From contig CM052817.1 in the NCBI GenBank assembly GCA_028534125.1, positions 14,696,001 through 14,760,000 of the forward strand: a stretch of 64,000 bases of DNA, written 5' to 3'. Each line of letters opens with the position of its first letter. The first letter of the stretch is position 1. Below, piece by piece: positions 26,401 through 38,400 of the stretch. The translations under genes and the position numbers were made by a program. The notes beneath the pieces were generated by a model, which saw only the letters and a program-made list of their open reading frames with translations, had not been told where the DNA came from and did no database searches. The stretch is from Lama glama (taxonomy: Eukaryota).

Positions 26401-29400
26401 ATAACGTGGTCTAAATGCCCAACATATTTCTCCCTGGCCTTTCACAGTGAAATGCTGAAGTCTGTCTTTTTTATATCAAAATCTCTGTTTCTTAACTAAA
26501 TGCCAAGAAATGTCATGTATATCCAGCTTACAGAGGAAAATACATTCTAGCAAAACCTCTTGTACAGTGAGTTTCTGCTTAGCAAATGCTTTCAGTTCAT
26601 TATTTCTTACCATAAAACAAAAGTTTCTCTAGCTTTCTTCGCCTCCAATTAACAAAAATCATATTCCACACTTAAATGCCACAAACTTTCTTTAATGCTG
26701 TCTATAAAAGAATATTACACACAACAGGCACAAATTCATGAAACAGGAATAATACCACAGTCTAGTTCTGGAAAACACCTCTGCAGGTAACAAGGCTCCA
26801 CTTTACCTCACCCCTGGTGCCCCAGCCCCAGCCGCCAACACACACTCCCTAGATTCTTCCCCAGATACAAACCCAGCAAATTGAATGAATGCTGTAGAAG
26901 GTGAATTCACCATCACACGTACTAATTATTTACATCTTTTAAAAAAATATTTTTTAATATTTTATTTAGTTTTTGCTTGGGTTTTTTGTTTGTTTTTGTT
27001 TTGGGGAAGGTAATTAGGTCTATTTACTTACTTATTTTAATGCAGGTAATGGGGACTGAACCCAGGACCTCGTGCATGCTAAGAATGCGCTCTACCACTG
27101 AGCTATACCCTCCTGCCATCCACGTCTTGAGTTGCATGGAATGACGAAGGCTTGTAGGCTTTATGAAGTAATCGTCCTTACTTTGGAAGGGTAGCATGGT
27201 CTTAAACTCAGTTCTACCCTAATTAAATGTGACATAAACTCCTCTGAATCCAAGTCCACAGATCTCCATTTGCAAAGTTTTATTTCTCACCTGTGATGGA
27301 ATATGTAACTGACAAGGACTACGGAGAGGCTCAAAAGAAGAATGACGGCAGTGGTGTAAACCACAGGGTGCAGGAGACTGGCTGCCTGCGTGTAGAGATC
27401 AGACCCCGTCAAATCCTGGGGGGGGGGAGGGAAAGAAAGCGTTATTCTAGGAGCATGTTTCTGGACATATAACTACCAAGAGGTTTCTTGGTAACTAAAA
27501 CACACTGATAAACAGAGCTCTAGCCCTTAACACCTCTTCCTTTTGAAGACTGTGTTTCATGCTATTTTCCTCACCACAAGACTGCCTTCCTAACTTTCAC
27601 TGTGTTAACTACTTATACACTGGGTACACACACACACACACACACACAGTTTCACTGTGGACCATCTGCTTAACAAATGTCAATACTGCCTCTCCTATGA
27701 GGGTAACAGAGAGAGAGCAGCAGTGATTTAGAACAGCAACCATGGACTTTACCCTTTTTAATGCTGTTTCACCCCACTTACCACTTGGCACACTCTCCAG
27801 CTGATAAGGCTCAAGACAGCAGCATCTCCACGTCAGTAAACCCCAAACAGACCTCTCTAGCTGCCTGTGGTCAAGTCCAACAAATACGAATGGACCACAC
27901 GCTGGGCAAGGCTCAGGGACATAATGGTAAAACTGTGGTTCTTGCCCTTGAAAGCTGTGAGTCACAGGGCACTCAGATGCACAGACCACAACGACGTGTG
28001 ATGAACACAAGGGCAGCCTGGTGATGTGAGCAACGAGGTCAAAGATGAGTAACAGCAAACAGTAGCAGCCAGTCACTCACAGAGGTTGACCACAATCCTG
28101 GCACTGTGCCAGCACCTTACACGGAGGAACCCTATGAGCCAGGTGTATTATTAGCCCCATTTCATGGCCTGAAAAACTGAGGCACAAACACATTAAGTGC
28201 CGGAAGGATTAGCTCCAAAAGAGCTTGGCTGCCAAGGCTGCGCCTCAAAAAACGAGGCAGACAGTGCTTCCTAAAATGAAAGCAGTGGACATCTGCAGGC
28301 TTCCTTCCTTCCTAACGAGGGAGCCAAGTGGGCTGGGCAGACACCTCACCCGGGCCGCAGCCGCCATGCCAGGCAGGCACGGTTTAGGTGTCACGGCTAC
28401 AGGTTTACCAGGTCCTATCACTGAACTGCCTTTCTAAACCAATTCCGAAAACTGCACAGTGACAGCGGGATGTGGGAAGGCGTTCTCAGCGATGTGTGTC
28501 TAGTCAGGCAGCTCTTGAGACAATTCCTGAAACTTGAAACACTAGATGGAAGGAAGGAGGAAGTGGACAGGGGACAGACAGACGAGGACACGGGACACGG
28601 CCTCAACAGAGGATCGAAGGAGGCAGCACGTGTTCCCACAGAAGGACCAGAGGTTGACAATGTATGCTGACAGGTCTACAAAGACCACGCCGGGATGCCG
28701 ACAAGCCCCTCGCCAGAACCAGTGATGAACAGAGGCCTGGAGCGCGACAACACTCAGACCTAACTCTGTTCCAGCCCCAGTGCTCACCACGCTGTGACGG
28801 ATCCCACACCTGCAATGCACCTACTAAGCCAGTAAACGTAGCTGGGTGCCCGCCATGGCCAGGCGCTATGCCAGGCACTGGATAGTTAAGGGAATGCAGG
28901 GCCCCTCAAGCGCTGACAGCCTATAAGCTGAGATCCAGAAGGGAAAATACAAGACAAGAGCCTACCACCCCCAATTCCGAACCACCTGCCCGGGTGAGAT
29001 GAGACGCCCACGGCATCTGTCTGTGGTACACGGCTTCAACGTACTTGCACTCGCTAAAAGTCAGGATGTCAGAGAGAAAATTCAAAAACTACTGGGGCCA
29101 CGAGAAACAGTGGACACTCACAGGAGTGGACACATTTCCCCTTGTTTCTATGAAATTTACTCTTCCAATGCAGAGTCAATAGCTGAGGATAAACTTTCAG
29201 TGTCTAGGATGTGGTCTCTTGACTCTTTCCCTTCCTCTAGGAAATGTTCCAGAACACATCGCCACCTGCTTACAAGCTGTGTGGTTTGGGACAGTCACCT
29301 GACTGTACGCTGGAGACGCCACAATCATCTCATCCGGCAGGGTTTGGGGACGGAGCAGAACGGTGTCCCCAAGCTTTCCACAGGCCTTTGCAAAGAATAA

Positions 29401-32400
29401 CAAAACACAGGTAGCTGGATGTCATCTAATAAAACATCAAAGTGCCAACTCTGTTCTCAAAGTATGTCCTCTAAAATATTCACGTTTAAAGGAATCAGTT
29501 TTTTTCAAAAACCAAATAAATGCGACAGAGTATGAGAGAGAAGCTGGGTGTTGAAACAGAGGGCACTGACTCTAACGATTCCAAGTCAGGACTGGAGAAA
29601 GGAGCAAGGACTACTGACCGCTCACACAGGGCACTGCTTCCTGGGGGCACTTGTGGTTGTCACAACAAACTGACCTTCCCAAATGAAAGAGAACCCCTGC
29701 TGAGAAAACCTTGGGAAGGCATGAGGAGCCAGAGAGCAAGCAGTGTAAGCTTCGCTGGCCAAGAGCAAAATTGACGCTGTTACGCAGGCACTTATTAACC
29801 ACTTAAAACGGAACCATTAAATCATTTAAAAATCACTCTTAGCTTTCCAGCATTCAAAACATCAAACAAATAAATAATCAGCAGCTGCCTGGAACTGGCC
29901 CGTGAGTCAGGTGTTTGCCAGGGTTAGCAGACTGCCCCTTTTTAATAAAGGAAATAAATTCAGTTAAGGAAAACCTCCTAAAAAAAGTTTCTTCTGTATA
30001 GCACAGGGAACTCTGTTTAGTATCTTGTAATAACCTCTAATGGGAAAAAAAAATACGTAAATGAATATATGCATGGCTGGGACATTGTGCTGTACACCAG
30101 AGACTGACACATTGTAACTGATGGTATTTCAATTTTAAAATAAAATAAAAGTAAAATAAAAATTCTATTGAATACTTGAAAAAAAAAAAGAAAGACCTTC
30201 TATCTTGATAACAAAATACAAGAGAATATAAGACTATTTAAGACAACTGAGAAGATTAGGATAAGAAAGAAGTTAAGAGAAGTTAAAGATTGAAACAAAA
30301 GAGGTAAAGCTGAAATCTGAATAAAAATTATTTTCAATTATATTAGTAAAAAACAGAGGCTTTGTGATACTATAACAAAAACATAGGTGAAGGGGTCAAA
30401 AGGTACAGGCTTCCAGTTATAAAATAAATAAAGTCCTGGCAATACAATGTGCTTTATTAATATTATACTGCGTATCTGAAGGTTGATGAAAGAGCAGATC
30501 TTAAAAGTTTTCATCACAAGAGAAAAAAATGGTAACTGTGTTTGGTGATACATGTTAACTAGATTTACTGTGGTGAACATTTTGCAATATACACATACAC
30601 AAATATCGAATCATCACATTCTATGCCTGAATTAATACAATGTACGACACTTATACCTCTACTAAAAAACAAAACCTACCTGTACAGGGAGAGAAGGTGA
30701 CCTCTCAAAAGCCCTCAAACCCTATAATTTCACTGCTACCCGTAATTCTGGCTTTCATTCTCTCTCTTTTTATAAATCAAATCACTTAGATTAAATAAAA
30801 AATTACTAAATAAATTGTCCATAAATGGCCACTAGGAGACACCCGTGAGAAAAAAAGTAAAAGTGTCATTCACGTTTGCAATATAGTAGTAAGAAAGGAA
30901 ACGTCCCTGCCTCTGGCGCTTACTCGACCACGGGCTATCACTTAATGGTGACCTTAGTCATTCTTTCACATGGTGCAAAGTTTAAGAAAATACTAAGCTA
31001 GAAAATGAAAGTAAAGTTTTCCACCAATGCAGAGAACATCAGAACACCCAGAAGTATGTTAAAAAATTACAAAGATAATTGCTACTAAGAAACCACATAA
31101 ATGAAAGAAGTATTTGAAATTCTTTGTTTACTTGACAGAGGTTCATATATTTGCAAGAGTTATTTCTAGCCTGAGAATTACTAAATATAAAAATCACTGG
31201 CAGTTTTAAATAATCCATTATTATTGTATCAATAATAATTATAACTCAGTAATTGTTTAAACTCACCAGGATCTGAATAATGGAAGGAAGTCCAGAGAAA
31301 AACACCTCAGGGAGCCCTCTGTTTGTCAGAGTACAAAGTATTATAAAGAGTTTGCCAATAAAATAAAATTTTTAAATAGATCTTAAATCAAGAATGTAAA
31401 ACAAAACAAAACAAAGCAAAGCAAAACAAAACAAAAACCCACGACATAAAAAACAAGCTGATGTCTATGTTGGTTTTTATTTTTCCCCTAAGAAACAAAG
31501 AATAATTTCAAGAATTTGCTCCTCCTACCACGTATCATACACAAAAGTCAAGTACAGTCACGTCACCGCATCATGGACCTAAATATGAAAGATAAAACAC
31601 ATTTAAAGCTTCTTTTAAAGAAAACAAAGGAGAATCTCTTCATGATCTTAGGGTAAGCAAAGATTTTTCTTTTTTTTTCTTTTTTAAAATTGAAGTATAG
31701 TTGATTTACAATGTTGTGCTAGTTTCTGGTGTATAGCATGGTGATTCACTTATACATATACATTCTTTTTCATGTTCTTCTCATTATATGCCATTGTAAG
31801 ATACTGAATATAGTTCCCTGTGCTATACAGTAGGACCTAGTTGTTGCAAAGATTTCTTTAAAAGGACATAAATAGCACTATTTTAAAAAATTAGAAAAAT
31901 TAGGAACTCTGTTCATAAAAAGGCAACATTAAGAGAAAAAGGAAAAAGGCTTGGCTTTAGACTGAATGTTTGTACCCCCCCCATCAAAATTCCTGAAATC
32001 AAATCTCCAATGCAATATTTGGAGGTGGTATTTTTGAGAGGTGATTAGGTTCTGAGGGTGGAGTCTTTGTGAACAGGATTAGTGTCCTTTTATAAAAGAT
32101 ACACCACAGAGCTGCCCTGCCCCTTCCATCAGGAGAGGACGCAGAGAGGAGACAGCACCTATGAAGCAGGAAACTGCTCCTCACTGGACACCAGGGCTGC
32201 CAGCACTTCGATCATGGACTTCCAGCCTCCAGAACTGTGAGAAATGAATGCCTGTTTGTAAACCACCTAGTCTGTGGCATTCTGTTACAGCAGCTTGAAC
32301 TGATTAAAACAGGCATGAACTGGGAGAAGATATTTGCAAAACATAAATCCAACAAAGAGCTCCTATTCAGAACTCTTATCTAGAATTCCCATAAATCAAT

Positions 32401-35400
32401 GAGAAAACAATGGACAACCAAATAAAAAACAGGCAAGATTCGAGCAGTAACTTCACCAAAGGGCACACCCAAAGTGCCAAAAAGGAAATGAAAGGAAAGC
32501 AAATCAAAGCCACAATGATACGTCACAGTACAGCCACAGGAAGACCAAAATTTAAGACTGACAACACCAAGCATCAGCAAGGAAGTGGAGCAACGAAAAC
32601 TCATTACTGGTGAGACTATAAATCAAAAACAAAAAAAACAAAAACAACAGTCTGGTCAATTGTATTGCATTATCTACCAAAACACACGGATGCCTACAAC
32701 CCAGCAGTTCCACTCCCAAACGCACATGTCCATCAAAACACATGTGCATGAGTATTCATTGTAGTTTTTTCTTCATATCCAGAAACTTCCAACAACCCAA
32801 ATACCCATCAACAGTAGAATGAACAAATTTTGATATATCTGCACAATGGAGCAATGAAAAGGAATAAACTGCTACTACACGCAGAAACAAAGATAAATTT
32901 CACAGATGCAGTGACAGGAAAGAAATCCGACACAAAATAGTGCATGCTACACAATTCCAACTACACAGAACTAAAGAGCAGACGAAACTTTTTTTATGGT
33001 GATAGACATCAAAGGGTATCTTTTGGGACAATGCTGGGAATTAACTAGAAAGAAACATACCAGAGCTTCTGAGTGCTCAAGTAAAAATCTTGATCTTAAA
33101 GGCAGCTAAATATGTGTATTCATAGCTATATATACTTATGATCTGTGCACATCACTCAATAGCTCAATTTAATGAAAAAGGGGAAAAGTGCCGGTCCCCC
33201 TCAGATCATCAATTCTACTTCAGAGAAGTTATCCTGCAGATTTTCCATTAAATACGCAAAATAATTTTGTACAAACTACAAAATGAAACAGAAGAATGCC
33301 CTAATAAATTATGGTGAGGACATAAAATAATATTCAGAGGTGAAAAAGAATAAGAAAGCTTTCTGACATTGATACGGAAGTTTTCAGGAAGGAGATTTAG
33401 CAGTAGAGAGATTAAGAAGACATTTCTGGAGTCCAAATTCAAATAATTCCAATTCCAACACTAACTACCTTTGTAAATGTGGTCATGGTGCTTAAGCTCT
33501 CTATGCCCTGGTTTCTCCATCTGTCAACTGGGGGTTATAGTAATAGCACTGTACTTCATGAGGTCGTTATGATGACCAAATGCATTAATGCACGTCATGA
33601 CTTCAGAGCCACCACCATCACCACCATCATATCATCCTAAGAATATCACCTTATGTTGATGAGCATAATTTATATGTCATCAGCAGAAGATATATCACTC
33701 CACAGAAAAAAGCATGGTTTAGAACAATGTTTGTAGCATGCAGCCTTTGTGTAAAAATGGAAGAAAAGGGAACCATTTATTCATTCTGTTGTTAACATAC
33801 ATGAAAGTCTCTTCAATAATACATGAGAAACTAGTATTAGTGGTTACCTATTTTGTGAAGCATGATTGATAGGATGGAGGGGTGGGAGTTCAAGTTTTCC
33901 ACTGTATACTAGTGTTAGAAATAATGGAAACATTAGACCCATGAGAATGTAGTACTTACTTAAGAATTTTATAAATAAAAATATTGCTAGCATTCATGTT
34001 CAATTATAATGTAAATGAAACCAAAGTTTGCTTTCATTCAGCATGTTTCATATAAACAAAATTTAAAAGCAATTCTAGAGATGTAAAAACAAACGTGTGC
34101 TTTGGTTTCATGTATTTCTAAGTGGATACAATAACAAAAGGGGAATCAAGGTACAGTGATTATTTTATCTTCACCACGATTACCAATTAAAGTAGCAAGT
34201 GCTATCGTAAATAGTTTGGCCCTACTCATTACCTACTTGCTATTCAGTTTTTTGTTTCCTACTGACCCCAGCTCCTAGGAAGCCCTCTGCCCCAATTGGC
34301 TATTTCTGATCACACAATTCAAACAAAACCACTCTCTGCTTCACTTTTTTTCTGGGTCCCATGGAGAACTCAGGGTATAAATGGTTATAGCAGGATGTTT
34401 ACTGAACCAAACTATGGTATCTATTCAAGATTTACAAATATAATCTTTTTAGTATTATTTTTTAAATACAAAATTCTTTAAAACCAGAGCAGAAAAAGTT
34501 CTATGGGCTAGCTGCCAAAGTAGGAACTTATACTTGCTATAAATTCCTGCCTATCTTAAGGCAGTTTTCAAGAACAATAGGATTTTCTCTATTATTCAAA
34601 ATAGTGCCAGGTAAGGGGAAAAAAAGATGTTGACTTTCAATTTTTTAAATTTCTTCTATCTTAGACATGACTTTATTTAAGGGTAAGTATGATTTCATTA
34701 ACTTTGTCATCTTGCTTCACTAGCAACCCTAAAAATTCCATATATTAACCTTATTGTAATTTTGTCAACAATTTCAGACACATGTCACCTTGCTGCCTCT
34801 AGGTGGCACAGTTATATTTAAGAAAAGTGAAAGGATAATCTTTGAAAATAGAAAAAAACTTGGTGCTGTATTTTAGCTTTAAAGAATTGTGTATTACATT
34901 TTTAAAAAGATTAGAAGTATGAAAGATAAAAGAATAGCTTATTCCTTCAAGAAAAGGATTATACTAATTTAAATTTTGGGGAAGAACAGCTAGGAAGTTC
35001 GGAAATAGTTGTTTAAACTGGTATTAAATTAAATAAAAATAAGTTTCACCTGGTGCAGTATCATGTCCTTAACAGTGAAGCTTATAAAATGCCTTTTTTG
35101 TGTGTTCACATTTCATTTCTCTTGCCCAACTTTTTCTAGTTAATTTAGCTATTATAAAAATTTCAGATAATGCTGTACCTCTTTTATTTCTCCCTCAGTA
35201 CTTCAGCATTTTATGTTATTTTATAATTAAAACCCGAATGAGAAAGCACTTTCAAACTGAAACAGAAAAGGCTTCATATTTTAATTACCGCTTCAGGCTT
35301 TCTTTGAAAGGTGAGTACAAAACAATAAAATGTGAACTTACAGAAACCATACTCAGACCTACAGAAATCAAACATCTATTTGTGAAGAGAATGCTAAACT

Positions 35401-38400
35401 ATCCAAAAGGCTAAACAACTTACACCAACAGCGGAATCGCAACTAGCGCAGATACGCCCACTGTCAGCCCGGGTCGACTGACACACAGCAATCCTTCCGC
35501 CCTACCATACCATCTACTTACTCCTCCCGTCGGGTGCAGCCAGGGAAGGTATCCCAGGTTGGGGGGCAAAGAGAAAACCAAAACACAGGGTAGAGAAAAA
35601 TCTATTCTAATTCAAGCCTGCTTCAAGATCATCTAGTGACAAATGCTCTTTTGTCTTTTTAAGAAAAGAATAATTCACTTAAAGTAAAATATATCATGTC
35701 ACAAGATTATTTGGTTCTTTGATAAAATATTGTCTAGGTAGCATATTCAGAGCCGGAGGCAGAAATAAAAACGTAGGCGTCCTCACTCCTGGGCTAGCCT
35801 CAAGCCGCTTCTGGGAAGTGTCTTTCCTATTCATCAGTAATTTCTTCCACTATACTCCAGATGCACACATACATACTCTGGAATGTAAGTGTCTTATAAT
35901 AACCACAATATGAAATAAAAACTAGCACGGTTAATTTCATAATTATCAACTCAGCAATCAGATGCACTTAAAATCACTAATTAAAAAATTCTGTTCCTAT
36001 ACATTAATAACTAGTTATTTTCCCAAAGATTAATAGACATGAACAATAGTAAATAACGAAAAACATTCACTTGATTAGCATTAAAGCTGAAAAAGACATT
36101 TGTGCAATACCATCACTTGCAGCAACTAGACTGAAATTATCTCCATTACTCTAAATTCAAAAAAGGAGTCTAAAAATTATGACATATAGTGGGAAAAGGC
36201 ATTATATGGCAAAGAAGAAAAATCTCTCACTATTCATCCTGTATATTTGGACAAATGAGTCACTCTTCCTGGGTTGACAGTTGGACTGTATATACTCCCA
36301 AGATGTCTCCAGATTTTAAGGTCAAGGTTTAGTTGAACTGATTCACTTATAAAGTTTACTGGAAATTCCTATACCAAATTGAATCCCATACATTCACTTT
36401 GTAATAACTCAATTTCCCTTTAAAATCAGACTTACACTAAATGTCACCTCCTACTTAATTAAAGGGAACAATTTATGTTAAAAGTTTTTTTTTAATCTTC
36501 ATTTGAGCTTAACTATGCATAGGGAAAAAATTAAAATACTTAGTGTTTATGCATAAATTTAACAACGGCCATACCATCAAAACCGCGTAGTTACTGAGAG
36601 AGTAGCACTGCATGGTAGTGATATTTTCATCCGAATAGAGTATATGGCACCCATCTGACTTCCAGCCTCCTTGTCCGTTCAGCAAATCGAAGTCCCACTG
36701 GGCGGCCACAGCATCTGCTCCGTGCGCAATTCGACGTAGCGTCACATTAACAGGGATGTGGTGGGTATCGACGTTCACACCATCTGGAGAAGATGGGAGA
36801 TAAAAATATTTCCGAAACAAACTTCAGAAACAATTAAATGTCAACGTCGACACTAATGAGTACTCTGAGAATATCCTCCTCACCACTGACTCGTTAAAAC
36901 GAGAGGGAACAAAAATAAGCATTTTTAGGAACAGTGACTTATAAAGTCGTACTGTCCAGCGGCGGCGGGATGACATATGCCACGTACAGACCTATTTTGG
37001 TGAGGATCACAGGGGTAACCACTGTGCGCCGTTTCCCATCATCAGCCAACTTCGTCGAGTTCCCGGTGGCTGGGAAAAGCTTCCCGTTGCGGAAAGCGAT
37101 GAGCTGAAGCTTACAGAGGGAGTCATCGCTGGGTCTGACTTCTCTCTTGTGCTTTGGTGAGAAGAGGGAAGGCGGCAGCTGAATAGAAGCTTCCACAATC
37201 GTGTTCTGAAAATGTATGCACAGAACAGACACAAGGAAAAGTCTCTGTGTTAGTAGGTAAAAACCAGAGATGTTTTAAGATAGGAATGTTTCCTAACTGT
37301 ATGCTGAAGACATCTTTTTAAATGCATATATATGAAATGTAATAGTTACAACAATGTGTCAGGTAAGGGAAATGTCTTAACATCATGTAGCAGCACAGAA
37401 CAAAAGAAGTACAAAGAGAAATGCAAACTCTATTTCAAAGAGTTAAAGTCATAAACAAGGGATAGTTTCAAACTGTAAAGTGAATTCTCCCCTGATAACA
37501 TATAGAGCTGAAGCAGATAGCATTAAACAGAACAGGGATGTCAGTGATCACTCTTTACATGAATTTTACAATGACAAAACATGGTAAATGAGCACAAAGG
37601 GAGCAGATCGCAAATGTGAGTATCATTAATTTGGGCTTATGAAACTTTAAGGTGATTTATGATGGATTCCGACTGTCAAACAGAAAAAATTATACAAACA
37701 TAATAAAAGTTCAGATTCTGCAAACTCTTATTTTAGCAGATAATTGAGACTAAGAAACACATTAGGTTTAAAAAAATGTAACAAAGAGGAACAATGGAAA
37801 ATGCAGGCTGGGCACTGAATGCTCTTCAGATTTCTTTAGTAGGGATTTTTAAATTATAAATTATTCAGCATTCAATAAAAAATAAATGATACACCAAGGA
37901 GGCAAATGATTATCTAAAAAAATTTCTATTTTAAGAACTTATCACAAAACCTCTCTCTTGGCACCAACCTCTCTGCCCAATTTGATGTTCATGATGCTGA
38001 CAGCATTTCTTCTTAAAAAAAATCTGATGTTATTTCAATTCAAGTAACACCTTGGTTTCTAAATGTCAAGTCAAAAAAATCCTAAGTATGCCATATAATT
38101 TGGCAAAATTCTGTTTCAAATTCACTTTCTAACACTCTGTACATCACAACCTATAACCTGGCCACACTGAGTTTACAACTTTTTGAGATCTTTTTTTTTT
38201 TTTTTAATGTCACCATGCACATGCCAGTATCTCCAGATGAAACAATCCACTCTTCTTATGTCTGGTAAACTCTTAAACTGGTCAGATTTGATTTTTCATA
38301 AGTTAATTACGCTGGCAATGCAAATGATTGGTCGGGATGAGGAAGGTTGGCAGCTGAGGACTTTGCAGAGTCCTGTGCACAGGGCTTTCGGGGGATGACT

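Larger units (their letters stand above)
31530..33175 (+). mobile_element. Old L1M 3' region carrying nested younger insertions
   Basis: gacctaaatatgaaag...ctgggagaagatatttgcaaaacataaatccaacaaag...aaacttccaacaacccaaatacccatcaacagtagaatg. Confidence 0.75.

Noticed and set aside
26900..26911. Perfect 12-bp palindrome GGTGAATTCACC
   Set aside because: Several palindromes of this length are expected by chance in 64 kb.
27609..28076. 155-aa minus-strand ORF in intron 14
   Set aside because: It has a non-ATG start, runs through an (AC)n microsatellite, and shows no homology or convincing splice context.
35468..35479. CCCGGGTCGACT resembling a SmaI-SalI vector polylinker
   Set aside because: The match is only 12 nt with no flanking vector sequence, so it is better read as part of the genomic hairpin.
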